From Candidatus Thorarchaeota archaeon (GTDB taxonomy: Archaea; Asgardarchaeota; Heimdallarchaeia; Hodarchaeales; Hodarchaeaceae): DNA of 32,000 nucleotides. Position 1 is the stretch's first letter. Each line of letters begins with the position of its first letter. Location of the stretch: positions 30,001 through 62,000 of the forward strand of contig JBHLRO010000013.1 of NCBI GenBank assembly GCA_048882505.1, in the 5' to 3' direction. The translations under genes and the position numbers were made by a program. Under the pieces are notes generated by a model that made no database searches, was not told where the DNA came from, and worked only from the letters and a program-made list of their open reading frames with translations. This document shows positions 8,605 to 18,619 of the stretch, one piece after another.

Positions 8605-9546
8605 TTGCAGCTTTATCGATGGACTCTAATGCCACCTAACACTCACGGTTCGTTTCATCAAGGCCATCTTTCAATAATTATCGCTACGTTTGCGGTCTCT
8701 ACCGCTTCAATAATGATTCGCATTGCTCAATCCCCAGCGATAGTGATTGCTTTTTGGAGAGTAACTCTCTCCGCAGGGTTGCTACTGCCTTTTATGTTTA
8801 GGAAATCTGTACGTACTCAGTTTCAGTTGGTAATATCGAATCCGCCGATAATGGGTTGGCAATTTGTGGCTGGTTTTTTTTTGTCTCTCCACTTTTGGTC
8901 ATGGTTTCAAAGCGTAAAATATTCTCCCATTGCAGTATCAGTACTTTTAGCCAATTCGTCCCCTATTTGGGTCTTACTCATATCTACTTTATTTTTGAAG
9001 AAAAAGATAGCCATCCCCCAACTGGCTGGCGTAATCTTGGGCATTTTAGGTATGTTCATAATAAGTGTTTTACAAACGCCATTATATTTCGCGGACACAT
9101 TTAACGAAGGAGTTATTTTGGCCCTGATAGGAGCGTTAATGATAGCTGGGTACTTTTTGGTCGGCCAAGAGGTCAGAATCAAACAAATACCCAACATACC
9201 TTGGGTCTTTTTTATCAATACCTCCTGTAGTGGATTTCTTCTTTTTTATTCGTGGTTGCTTGGTTTGAACGTTGCCATATTTCCATTGGAAGACTTAATC
9301 TGGTTTATCGCATTAGCCATAGGTCCGAGCTTGGCCGGTCATGCCTTGTATATTTATGCGATGAAATTTTTTTCAGCCCAGACTGTATCTATGGCGGTAA
9401 TCGGTGAGGCAGTTGGAGCTTCTCTTCTTGCTATCTTTATCTTCAATGAAAACCTCCCTATGTCAACCATTATCGGTGGTTTGTTGGTTTTTCTAGCGAT
9501 ATTTCTCAATATTAAGTATGATAAAGGGTTACCAAAACCCAAATGA
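8605..9546 (+). CDS. EamA/DMT-family transporter
   Basis: About 10 hydrophobic segments in two repeats; IAFWRV, FLSLHFWSWF.S, AVLLANSSPIW, SLAGHALY, GEAVGASLLA. Alternative ATG start at 8629. Confidence 0.92.
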   Translation: MQLYRWTLMPPNTHGSFHQGHLSIIIATFAVSTASIMIRIAQSPAIVIAFWRVTLSAGLLLPFMFRKSVRTQFQLVISNPPIMGWQFVAGFFLSLHFWSWFQSVKYSPIAVSVLLANSSPIWVLLISTLFLKKKIAIPQLAGVILGILGMFIISVLQTPLYFADTFNEGVILALIGALMIAGYFLVGQEVRIKQIPNIPWVFFINTSCSGFLLFYSWLLGLNVAIFPLEDLIWFIALAIGPSLAGHALYIYAMKFFSAQTVSMAVIGEAVGASLLAIFIFNENLPMSTIIGGLLVFLAIFLNIKYDKGLPKPK

Positions 9547-9589
9547 GAATAAATTTTATTTGGTCGATTGAATGCTGTGTTTGAATCAC

Positions 9590-11941
9590 TTAACGCTTCT
9601 TACGGATTATTCCGAAGTAAATATAGGAAACACACAGGATTCCCAAAGCAAAGGCGGAAATAAGAAGACCAGTCTCGATTAGGGGAAATTTGGGGAGAGC
9701 ACTTGAACTTGATGTAGTTATAAAGGATGAGTTGTTAGGGAAAGAGAAGAAGATTAAGGTGTTGTTAAGAAGAAGGCGTAAAATAGATTTTGGTACCATT
9801 TCAGGTTGAAACATATAGTTTACCAGTTTATAAACACCTGAGTCAACATAATATCCCTTGATGTCATAATTAGGAAATTCAGGATTTTCATCGCGTAGAA
9901 TAGGCAGAGCTCCGAACATAAGATCAGCTACTTCTCCATCACTTCCCCGTGTTTCACGGAGGGTATCATTTTTGCCTAGCTCGAACATTGGAAGATCACC
10001 TAAGAAATTGTTACCAATTATTCGAGAGGTTGGTGCTCGGAAATTTTTTGGGCTGGAAGCTCTAAAAACCTCAATTATTTCCTCCCGATAGGCAGTTTCT
10101 TGAAAACTAAAATCAAATAATGTATAACTACACATTACCATAATTCGGGGAGGATTTTTACTCTCCGATTGGGTCAAATACTCCTTTATTTCTTTGAATT
10201 CTAGATAATTAATGTGTGAGCCACTTAATGGCGTAATAGCAGGATTTCCAATCCATAAAATGGCTTTATAGTCTTTTAAACTATTTGAGGACACCGCTGA
10301 TCCAGATAACGAGGAACTCTGGATAACTTCATATTCACCCCTTAATCCTAATGAATCCAAGGCCTCCAGTACTGGAGTCTCCGATGTTCTGCCCAAATCA
10401 TCGTCTACAACTAATATAGATCCGTTTTTATTGTCAACATCCACGATAATGAAGTTTGAATACCCTCTGTATGGAATGGTGGCGTCATCGAGTGCTCTGG
10501 CACGAACAATGTGTGTTCCTTCCCTTTCTTCTTTGGTATTCCAATCATAGGAGTACAGACTCGAATTTGACGCATTACACGACAACCATGGACCGTTATC
10601 TATGGAGATATCAACACTGGTGATCGATCTACCTTGGGTTCCGTTAGCCTGTACCCAGAGCGTCGAAATACCAGATAAGGACTGAAGCGGTTTGATTGGT
10701 ACAACTTGAGGGACATTGCTTGAGTTTGTTACTCGAATCCAGTAAGAAAGGTTTGAATACCGTTCTATTATTTGAATAGCCCAGTTCTCACCAAATTGGG
10801 AGGCACTAAATCCTCCAATACTACCCAATTTTGGATCAAGAGTAAATGCTGCGTCATCTAAGTTTTCAGAACTTTCAGGATGGGCATCGATCACTTCAAA
10901 AGCTGGGTAATAGGGATCTGAGATCTGAACTTGGGAGCGAGGATAAACCTGTGTATTTGCGATAATAATTCCCTGGTTCGGAAGAAATTGATCATAATCG
11001 AGATTTTCTCTGTTGGTGATGGTCCAGCCACGGCCATAGTTCTCATTGGCGAATCCAGAAGAATTCCAACCTAATTCGATCCACATAATACCTTTTGGCG
11101 TTTCGATACCAAAGGGGTTTAGCGTGACAAATGTATCAGAACTAACATTGCTAATCTGTAATCGATAGGACTCATTCATGAACTGGGGAGATTCACCCCA
11201 TGATACATGACTGTAATACTTACTCCAAATCGAAAAATGTCCCGCCCCACCGGCCATCATTCCATAAGGACCAACATATTCATGTGTAAAATCATTCTTC
11301 CAGTCGTACAAGTCGGGAAATTTCAATGCATGCCCGATTTCATGTGAAGGGGTCTCATAGTTGACATATTCGTGTATCATCAAGTATGGCAGGTCTGGCC
11401 CGCCTTCAAATTGTTGAATAAACCATTGATGAGACCATATATCATCAGAATTTCCTGAAAACTCCTGGCCGTCTCCCGAGTGTATTACAATAAGGAAATC
11501 GTAATCTCTTACGTTTTTATTCTCTTCTTTAGCCTTATTGGCCGCCTCTATTGCCAGTTCATCTGGCCGAGTATCTTGCCCATTGGGGATACGATTACCT
11601 GCTCCGTAATAAGAAAGCCCCTCTGCGGCCGTGTACCATCCAATTACGTCTCCCTCCAGGTTGAACGTTCCATAAGAGTTATTATAATAATACTGACGAA
11701 TTGAAAAACTTGCATTGCCGAAAAATAATTCATTATAGTGATTAACGGTGTGTGTATCATGATGAGGATCGTCATATAATTCCATCAAGACAACAAGAAC
11801 TGTCCATGAAATTGTAGCAGTGAGAGAGGGTTTTGGTGAAAGCCTATGGATCTCCGACCGGGTGTCAACCTGTATAACGGGGAAAATTGTAGGAAAAACC
11901 GATATTGAAAGAAGAATGACCGCCAAAATTCCAGTTTTCAT
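9590..11941 (-). CDS. Secreted, membrane-anchored M6-family (immune inhibitor A-like) metalloprotease
   Basis: Signal peptide; SIRQYY..NSYGTFNLEG; IVIHSGDGQE..DIWSH; HEIGHALKFPDLYD; Ig-like domain (VDISIDNG..YSYDWNT..GTHIVRARALD); S/T linker, PKF, C-terminal TM helix, RKKR. Confidence 0.9.
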   Translation of the reverse strand: MKTGILAVILLSISVFPTIFPVIQVDTRSEIHRLSPKPSLTATISWTVLVVLMELYDDPHHDTHTVNHYNELFFGNASFSIRQYYYNNSYGTFNLEGDVIGWYTAAEGLSYYGAGNRIPNGQDTRPDELAIEAANKAKEENKNVRDYDFLIVIHSGDGQEFSGNSDDIWSHQWFIQQFEGGPDLPYLMIHEYVNYETPSHEIGHALKFPDLYDWKNDFTHEYVGPYGMMAGGAGHFSIWSKYYSHVSWGESPQFMNESYRLQISNVSSDTFVTLNPFGIETPKGIMWIELGWNSSGFANENYGRGWTITNRENLDYDQFLPNQGIIIANTQVYPRSQVQISDPYYPAFEVIDAHPESSENLDDAAFTLDPKLGSIGGFSASQFGENWAIQIIERYSNLSYWIRVTNSSNVPQVVPIKPLQSLSGISTLWVQANGTQGRSITSVDISIDNGPWLSCNASNSSLYSYDWNTKEEREGTHIVRARALDDATIPYRGYSNFIIVDVDNKNGSILVVDDDLGRTSETPVLEALDSLGLRGEYEVIQSSSLSGSAVSSNSLKDYKAILWIGNPAITPLSGSHINYLEFKEIKEYLTQSESKNPPRIMVMCSYTLFDFSFQETAYREEIIEVFRASSPKNFRAPTSRIIGNNFLGDLPMFELGKNDTLRETRGSDGEVADLMFGALPILRDENPEFPNYDIKGYYVDSGVYKLVNYMFQPEMVPKSILRLLLNNTLIFFSFPNNSSFITTSSSSALPKFPLIETGLLISAFALGILCVSYIYFGIIRKKR

Positions 11942-12076
11942 CGTAGTATAAACCCCAGGACGTACGTTATTCTACTTCATAGGCCTATTTGAATACCATT
12001 CTATAAACTTAATAGTGCCCCTTAATGAGTGGAATATAGATTTTTCAACGCATAAGTCACAGGAAATGATCATGGA

Positions 12077-13090
12077 ATGGTGGATAAAGAAACGATCAGA
12101 GAAATAGTTGACCTACTTCTCCAGAAAATAGAAATAAAGGATCAAGAGGTTGGACGTCTCCTGATTTTGGATCCGTTTGACAAATTCGACGAAAGGTTAG
12201 ACCTCTGGGCAATTCGAAAGAACGTGTTGGATTTGAAAGAAACCACGATAACAGACCTGGATGAAATTCGTGACAAAGAAATCAAACTCACGTTTGCCCC
12301 GCCAACGTTCTTTTCTCACGTGATTGAAGGACGAAACGTGCCCTATTGGCAAATTGCCACGGTTTCGCGTTTGTTACACCATGGTAATATTGTTTATGAT
12401 CCGTACGGTCAAATCCAGGAGTGGGTTGATAATGTACAGCGAATTGAATGGAATCCTGAAGTAATAAATCTCAAACGAAAAACGGCCCAAATGCTTCTTG
12501 AGAGGATGAGAAACCGCATTCGTGAAGACATGCTCGCAGATGCTTATATCTGGCTAATCAAATCAGCTGAGGAGGCATTCTGTGTTCCCTTGATGGAAAA
12601 CAAAGCTTTCAACGTTGGAACCGCCTCGCTCATGTTGGATACTCTACGTCAAGGTGACCCGTATCTTTATGGTTTTTTCCACAAATTGCTTCGTGTTCCC
12701 TCCTTCACTGTTGAAAGACTGGAACGAGCGCGATCTGAATTGGAACGATTGGCCGACCATTTATACCAACAAAATATTAAAACAGATCGAGAAATGTGGA
12801 TCCTCTCAGCCTTTGTATCTATCAATGAGTCCGAACGAAGGTTAGTCCAGTATAAACGGGCAGTAAAAGCTGGACGAGATTCTCAAGAGACAAGGGCACT
12901 GTTTGATACTGCAGTAGGAGAACTTTGGCAAGCCTATTTTCTTGTAGCGCAACATCCACGGTCAAAATTTAAGCTAGATCCGTACGTTGTGAGTTCTTTT
13001 TGGAATTGGTTTGGTTTTGAGGATTTAAACGAGGAATGGTTGGTCAATCAGGGGAAGGAATTACTTTCGATGGTTGGGACGCCAGAATAA
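12077..13090 (+). CDS. Hypothetical protein; possible degenerate nucleotidyltransferase fold plus helical (HEPN-like) domain
   Basis: RLDLWAI in the position of the DxD strand and GNIVYDPYG resembling the G.ILYD..G motif of Pol-beta-superfamily NTases; no GS motif. C-terminal half is helical. Confidence 0.45.
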   Translation: MVDKETIREIVDLLLQKIEIKDQEVGRLLILDPFDKFDERLDLWAIRKNVLDLKETTITDLDEIRDKEIKLTFAPPTFFSHVIEGRNVPYWQIATVSRLLHHGNIVYDPYGQIQEWVDNVQRIEWNPEVINLKRKTAQMLLERMRNRIREDMLADAYIWLIKSAEEAFCVPLMENKAFNVGTASLMLDTLRQGDPYLYGFFHKLLRVPSFTVERLERARSELERLADHLYQQNIKTDREMWILSAFVSINESERRLVQYKRAVKAGRDSQETRALFDTAVGELWQAYFLVAQHPRSKFKLDPYVVSSFWNWFGFEDLNEEWLVNQGKELLSMVGTPE

Positions 13091-13105
13091 CTCCTTCACC
13101 TAGGA

Positions 13106-14062
13106 TCAAAGGGATTTGAACCAATTCCAGGTCTTTTCAATTCCATTATGAAGACCTGTCTTAGGTGTCCAGGCAAGTAACCGTAAGGCCTTTCTTGAAT
13201 CCAGCGCAATATGATGGATGTCTCCCGGTCTAGGGGGGCAGAATTGTTTATGTGCTTTAAGTCCCGTTACCTTCTCAATAATATTTATCAAATCTAACAC
13301 ACTTGTTTGTTGCCCAGTTCCACCGTTAAAAACCTCATTCATGGATCCATCCATCACTCTGACGCATAAATCTACTATATCATCCACGTATACATAGTCT
13401 CTTGTATCAAACCCGTTTCCAAAGATTTTTAATGGTTGATTTTGTCTCAGACGGTCTAGAAAAATGGAAATAACACCTGCTTCTCCGAGGGGATCTTGTC
13501 GTGGACCAAAGATGTTAGCAGGGCGTATTATCCCATAAGAAAGCCCGTATTGCTTGTGGTACCATTCAACATATCTCTCACCGCTGAGTTTACTGAGACC
13601 ATAGGGGGACTCTGGAGACTCTTTCATCGATTCAGATGCAGGAATTGACTTTGGTTCGCCATATATAGCACCTCCAGTCGAGGTAAAGACCACTCGTGAG
13701 ATCTCATATTTACAAGCTGCGTCTAGAATATTTAAGATCCCATTGATATTGACACTAGCATCATACAACGGTTCGCGAACGGAACGACTTACTGAAATTT
13801 GAGCCCCAAGATGGTAAATTGCGTCTACCTCCTTGGTAAGAGATTGGATCGTCTCCCTATCCCTCAGGTCACCAGAAACAACCTCAATTTGGTTTATAAA
13901 TGATTGAAGGTTCTTTTTCTTGCCCGTACTAAAATCATCCAAACAGACGATAGAATGGCCATGGTGTAGGAGGGCTTCAATCAGGTGACTTCCTAGAAAT
14001 CCTGCACCTCCTGTTACTAAATATCGCATTGAAACACCATTAAACTCTGAAACGTTGTGCAA
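13106..14062 (-). CDS. NAD-dependent epimerase/dehydratase (UDP-glucose 4-epimerase-like extended SDR)
   Basis: LVTGGAGFLGS, YHLGAQISV..SVREP, STGGAIYG, YGLSK, RPANIFGPRQ, RDYVYVDD. Likely start is the ATG at 14029 (MRYLV). Confidence 0.95.
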   Translation of the reverse strand: MHNVSEFNGVSMRYLVTGGAGFLGSHLIEALLHHGHSIVCLDDFSTGKKKNLQSFINQIEVVSGDLRDRETIQSLTKEVDAIYHLGAQISVSRSVREPLYDASVNINGILNILDAACKYEISRVVFTSTGGAIYGEPKSIPASESMKESPESPYGLSKLSGERYVEWYHKQYGLSYGIIRPANIFGPRQDPLGEAGVISIFLDRLRQNQPLKIFGNGFDTRDYVYVDDIVDLCVRVMDGSMNEVFNGGTGQQTSVLDLINIIEKVTGLKAHKQFCPPRPGDIHHIALDSRKALRLLAWTPKTGLHNGIEKTWNWFKSL

Positions 14063-14171
14063 TCTGTAATATAAGCGGAAATAGAAGCGTGTTAAAGAAG
14101 TTTATTCATAGCAAGGAGACTGATAGGAACTACTAAAAGCCTGGAAACCTTGTCAGAGTTGGTGGTTAACC

Positions 14172-14969
14172 GTGAAACTAGGCATCTCGGACGGGGTTCT
14201 AATTGCAGCCGACTTTGATATCATTAATAAATATCCTCAGATACCGGATATTCAACGTGTGATCCGCGATATCACTTCCTTGGATCGAGAAAATGCTGTA
14301 AGAATAGATAAATTACCGAAGCTGGATCTTCCTCAATGTTTCCCATCGAAGATCATCTGTTTGGCAAAAAATTATGCTGAACATGCTCGAGAGATGGGGG
14401 TTCGGCCAACAGACCTACCCAAACAACCTTCAATATTCTTAAAACCCCCTTCTGCTCTGGTTGGGCCAGGGAAAAACATAGTGATCCCTCCCCAGACGCA
14501 GGAGGTTCATCATGAAGTCGAGCTTGCTGTGGTCATAGGTAAACGGGTAAAGGAAATTCCAGTCGAGGCTGCCATGGGCGCTATCTTTGGCTATTCGATC
14601 CTTCTTGACATTACTGCTCGAGATCTTCAATCCGTTGCAAAGCAAACAGGAAGACCTTGGTTTGTTAGCAAGGGTTTTGACACTTTTGCTCCTATGGGCC
14701 CTTTTATCGTTACGACAGAAGAGATTAAAGATCCCCATGATCTTGACCTAGAATTAAAGGTCAATGGAGTCACTAAACAGAAAGGAAACACTAGAGACAT
14801 GATTTTTAAGATCGAACAGATCCTTTCATATTGCAGTACAATTACAACCCTAGAACCTGGCGATATAATTGCGACAGGTACCCCCGAAGGTGTTGGAAGA
14901 TTTCATAGAGGAGACCAACTTGCGGCAACCATTAGTTCCATTGGGGAGCTTCGGCTAGGAGTGGTTTGA
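14172..14969 (+). CDS. Fumarylacetoacetate hydrolase family protein
   Basis: KIICLAKNYAEH, IFLKPPSAL, HHEVELAVVIG, DITARDLQ, SKGFDTFAPMGP, LEPGDIIATGTPEGVG. Confidence 0.95.
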   Translation: MKLGISDGVLIAADFDIINKYPQIPDIQRVIRDITSLDRENAVRIDKLPKLDLPQCFPSKIICLAKNYAEHAREMGVRPTDLPKQPSIFLKPPSALVGPGKNIVIPPQTQEVHHEVELAVVIGKRVKEIPVEAAMGAIFGYSILLDITARDLQSVAKQTGRPWFVSKGFDTFAPMGPFIVTTEEIKDPHDLDLELKVNGVTKQKGNTRDMIFKIEQILSYCSTITTLEPGDIIATGTPEGVGRFHRGDQLAATISSIGELRLGVV

Positions 14970-15311
14970 ATGACATTTCTGGATCAATTACTATCCCTAT
15001 GTTCCTCAGAGGGCCAGCCGCAATCTGCGTATCAAATTTCGCCCTATCATTCAGTTTTTTACTTCCGAGAGACAGAGTTCATTAAATTTCTCGAAGATAT
15101 CAGCGATTTTTTGGAAAATGCGGAGTTTGCTGAAGCGAGAACTTTCGGATCTCTGGATATCCATTTCGGGATCGAATTAAACGGTAATCATTCCAGAGTC
15201 ACATGTAGGATCCATAATCCATCTTCTTCTCTCTTTCATTGGATTGAGGCTGAATTTCCATCCTTGGCCATTTTTACGAGAGAAATTTCCTGGAATCACG
15301 CAAAAGGTTGA
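14970..15311 (+). CDS. Hypothetical protein (113 aa)
   Basis: ATG directly follows the FAH stop (TGA-ATG); no recognisable motif. Confidence 0.6.
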   Translation: MTFLDQLLSLCSSEGQPQSAYQISPYHSVFYFRETEFIKFLEDISDFLENAEFAEARTFGSLDIHFGIELNGNHSRVTCRIHNPSSSLFHWIEAEFPSLAIFTREISWNHAKG

Positions 15312-15497
15312 TTCGTTGTGAAGTAATTTCTTCGACAAGTGGCATTACCAAGTTCACGACTCCGTGAATGAATTCATTCGAAGCAAATCTAGCTGAATTT
15401 AGAACTCTGGAACAAGATAAATCTGATATCTCATAATAATGATTAGCCTATAAAGCCAATCAAACCTCAGGACGCATTGAGGTGAATGAGTAGCAGC

Positions 15498-15893
15498 CTA
15501 TTGATCACGTGAACGAGTGATATGAGTGCGTATAAGAGATAATAGATCATCAGCGCTGAATGGCTTGTTAATATAATCATCAGCCCCTGCCTCTTCACCT
15601 GCAATCCTATCTTTTTTTCCCACTTTGGCTGTAAATAGTAAAACTGGAATCTTTTTCAGATTAGGTTGGGATTTGATCCATCGACAAACCTCAAGTCCGT
15701 CAACTTTGGGCATTAAAACATCTAAGAGGACAAGATCTGGTTTAATATCCGAGGTTTTTAAGAAATTGATAGCCTCGCTTCCATTACTGGCTGAAAACAC
15801 ATTATAATTTTCATATTCGAGGACCATCCTTGCTAGTTCGACAGTATCTTCTTCGTCATCTACGACCAAGATAGTGCCCTTGTACTCTTCCAT
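15498..15893 (-). CDS. Single-domain response regulator (receiver)
   Basis: ILVVDDE, VLLDVLMPKVDGLEV, LLFTA, GADDYINKPF; no output domain. Confidence 0.95.
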   Translation of the reverse strand: MEEYKGTILVVDDEEDTVELARMVLEYENYNVFSASNGSEAINFLKTSDIKPDLVLLDVLMPKVDGLEVCRWIKSQPNLKKIPVLLFTAKVGKKDRIAGEEAGADDYINKPFSADDLLSLIRTHITRSRDQ

Positions 15894-16439
15894 TCTCCAT
15901 ACACCACTATTTTCTCAGTTGTTTCATCAAAAAGGAAGTATCTTGGAGTGATCAAATCCCTCTATTCGGTTGTCCAAGTTCCTGCCCATGCGCTGTGATT
16001 CCCTAGGAATGATATCTTACCTGTCGATTATCTATTTGTCCTCACTTATAAAGGTTAGAAAACGATTTCGACCCAAATCGAAGAATCATTTAAGGAAATT
16101 ACGTTATTGCCAGGATTGTAGGAAGCAGGAACGTACCCAACAAGGCATATGACGGTGACCTCTGGGTATCTTATATTGGAACATTTGGAAGTCATCAATT
16201 TGCCAACATCTACAGCGGGCGCCTTTCACACCTCTTGAAGTGAAAAAGCTGAACTATCCATATTTCGATGTAATAAGTAGACTCCCCTCTATATTGTACA
16301 ACCAGACCTTCGTTGGCAATGTTGGTCTGTTACAATTCTAAAAGGATTTGAATTTTGTCTTATTCAAACTATACAGTATATACCGGAATTTGGCCTCTAA
16401 CCTAAAAGGCTTTCAAAGTTAGCTACGTCACAATACTAA

Positions 16440-17690
16440 ATGGGCATCTCAGAGATTTTTGGCACATCTGGACAAGGATTGAAGGGGAAGCGGATATTAA
16501 TTGGTGTTACAGGTTCCATTGCAGCTATCGAAGTGCCTCACCTAGTTAGAGAAATCTTAAGACATTCTGGAGATCCCATAGTAGTTCTTTCTGAAGCTGC
16601 TTCCCGTTTTGTGGCAAAAGATGCGCTAACTTGGTGTATGGATAAAGAGCCATACACTCAAATTTCGGGGGTTTCTGAACATATTCAATGGACATCTAAT
16701 CCCCAATCAAAGGTCGCCCTTTTTGTCATCTGCCCCGCAACCGCCAATACGATAAATAAAATCGCTCATGGCATTGCTGATGGTCCTGTCACATTAACAG
16801 CGTTAGCCATCATTGGCGCAAAAATCCCCCTGATTATTGTACCCGCTGCTCATTCCGTTTTACTTGATAATCCAATAACAAAGGAAAACACTAAGTCTCT
16901 TAGAAAGAAAGGAATTATTGTCTATTCGGCCCCAGAAGAAGAAGATAAATACAAATTTCCTCCCCTTAAAGAGTTAATAGATCTAATTATTGAAAAAACT
17001 ACATTACAAGCTAAATTGGAAAGTAAAAGATATTTAGTCACTGGGGGAGCGACACGAGAGTATATTGATGACGTTCGATTTATTTCAAATCCATCAACGG
17101 GTAATACAGCGTTCTTTATTGCTGAGGCATTGAAAAGAAGGGGTGCCAACGTATTACTTGTCTTGGGGGAAGGAAATGCTGTATCAAAAGAGACTTCTTT
17201 CATTCCATCCCGTGTTGTCAGTTCTGCCAAAGACATGTATGAAACCGTTACGAATGAACTTTCAACTGGCCGTTATGATGCGTTTATTTCGGTTGCAGCC
17301 GTTTCAGACTATCAACCGACTCGAACCAACGGTAAAATTCCATCTAACAAGAAAAACTTATCATTGGATTTGGTCCCGACCGTCAAAATCCTCAGCTCGG
17401 TCAGGGATCAATATCCGGAATTATTTATAGTTGGATTCAAAGCAGAAGTAGGAGTCTCCCGTGAAGAGCTTTTACAGCGGGCTACCACATCATTGAGAAA
17501 AAATAGGCTAAATTTGGTGTGCGCCAATTGGGTTGGGGAACCTAACAAGGGATTTGCCTCACCAACAAATGACCTATTTGTTATAGGCCCAGAAAAAGCT
17601 CCCATCTTTCTGAGAGGCTCAAAACGAGAACTGGGAGAAAAACTCGCTGATATAATAACCAGTGCCATGACCCAAGGGAGGATGAATTGA
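16440..17690 (+). CDS. coaBC: Bifunctional phosphopantothenoylcysteine decarboxylase/synthetase
   Basis: LIGVTGSIAA, PATANTINKIAHGIAD, LVTGGATREYIDDVRFISNPSTG, AAVSDY, VGFKAE, LVCAN. Confidence 0.96.
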   Translation: MGISEIFGTSGQGLKGKRILIGVTGSIAAIEVPHLVREILRHSGDPIVVLSEAASRFVAKDALTWCMDKEPYTQISGVSEHIQWTSNPQSKVALFVICPATANTINKIAHGIADGPVTLTALAIIGAKIPLIIVPAAHSVLLDNPITKENTKSLRKKGIIVYSAPEEEDKYKFPPLKELIDLIIEKTTLQAKLESKRYLVTGGATREYIDDVRFISNPSTGNTAFFIAEALKRRGANVLLVLGEGNAVSKETSFIPSRVVSSAKDMYETVTNELSTGRYDAFISVAAVSDYQPTRTNGKIPSNKKNLSLDLVPTVKILSSVRDQYPELFIVGFKAEVGVSREELLQRATTSLRKNRLNLVCANWVGEPNKGFASPTNDLFVIGPEKAPIFLRGSKRELGEKLADIITSAMTQGRMN

Positions 17691-18598
17691 TGCAAATAAC
17701 AATATTCGGAGCAGGAAGCATAGGCTCATTGTTTGCTGGCCGCCTGGCTTTTTCTGGATTTGATTCATCCGTCATTGGACGTCCTCGCCATATCGCTGAG
17801 ATTCGAAAGAGTGGTTTAAGAGTAATTAATGGAAAAAGTCAGATACTATCTCATCTGCCAGCTCATACGCATTTTCAACCTGATCTGATTAAACCTGATG
17901 TCCTGTTTATCACAACCAAGGCGTATGATAATGCCCAGGTAGCGACAATACTCCGAAGACAATTAAACCCTGGAGTTCCTCTTGTTCTTATCCAAAACGG
18001 AATGGGGAATGAAGCAGCCTTTATAGAATCCTTGCCGAGCCACCCAATCTTTCGAGCAATAACCACCGAAGCTGCGGAGTTAATCACCCCTGGTATCGTT
18101 AAACATGTAGCTTTTGGTAGAACATCCTTCAATGGCATTACTGGTGATGAAAATGGTTTTAAATCAGAGATTAAAACCATCTTGGAAAGGTCAGGGTTCC
18201 AATCTCAAATTGCACGGAATATTCACGTTACTATGTGGCGAAAACTGCTCACTAATGCCACCATTTGCCCCTTGGCAGCCCTTCTCCGAGTACCAAATGG
18301 ATTAATCTTAGAAAAGCCTTCCAATCAGAGGATATTCGATGCACTACTAGCGGAAGGTCTTCGGTTAGCTCAGCGGAATGTCCCTGACGCAGATTTTTCT
18401 CAAACGCGTCAATTTATCTTGAAAGTCATCAAAAAAACAGCAGATAATAAGTGTAGCATGTTACAAGACATTGAACGTGGGCGTAGAACAGAGATTGATT
18501 TTCTTAATGGTTTCATAGCGCAAGAGAGTGAACGATGGGGGTTAAATGCTCCCGTTAATGCCGCGGTGACAGATCTTGTTCACCAGCTGGAACCTTGA
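17687..18598 (+). CDS. panE: 2-dehydropantoate 2-reductase (ketopantoate reductase)
   Basis: IFGAGSIG, TTKAYD, IQNGMG, WRKLLTN, SMLQDIERGRRTEIDFLNG; 4-nt overlap with coaBC. Confidence 0.95.
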   Translation: MMQITIFGAGSIGSLFAGRLAFSGFDSSVIGRPRHIAEIRKSGLRVINGKSQILSHLPAHTHFQPDLIKPDVLFITTKAYDNAQVATILRRQLNPGVPLVLIQNGMGNEAAFIESLPSHPIFRAITTEAAELITPGIVKHVAFGRTSFNGITGDENGFKSEIKTILERSGFQSQIARNIHVTMWRKLLTNATICPLAALLRVPNGLILEKPSNQRIFDALLAEGLRLAQRNVPDADFSQTRQFILKVIKKTADNKCSMLQDIERGRRTEIDFLNGFIAQESERWGLNAPVNAAVTDLVHQLEP

Positions 18599-18619
18599 CA
18601 TGGTTATAGAGGTATACTG

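Noticed and set aside
10250-10430. ILVVDDD motif in the M6 protease suggesting a fused receiver domain
   Set aside because: It lies in the extracellular part of the protein, and I could not identify the phosphoacceptor or KP motif; more likely a generic alpha/beta accessory domain.
15353-15379. Hairpin TTCACG-actc-CGTGAA overlapping a perfect 14-bp palindrome GAATGAATTCATTC between convergent genes
   Set aside because: About 2 perfect 14-bp palindromes are expected by chance in 32 kb (32000/4^7). It may be a terminator but there is no further support.
15970-16152. 60-aa ORF with a YCQDCRK motif
   Set aside because: TTG start, single CxxC, no RBS seen and no recognisable family; likely spurious.
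16440-17000. CoaC domain lacks the bacterial ACG..G.GR cysteine loop (has PAAH and EEEDKYK)
   Set aside because: Archaeal CoaBC proteins commonly have this EEGKAK-type region, so it is not evidence of inactivation.
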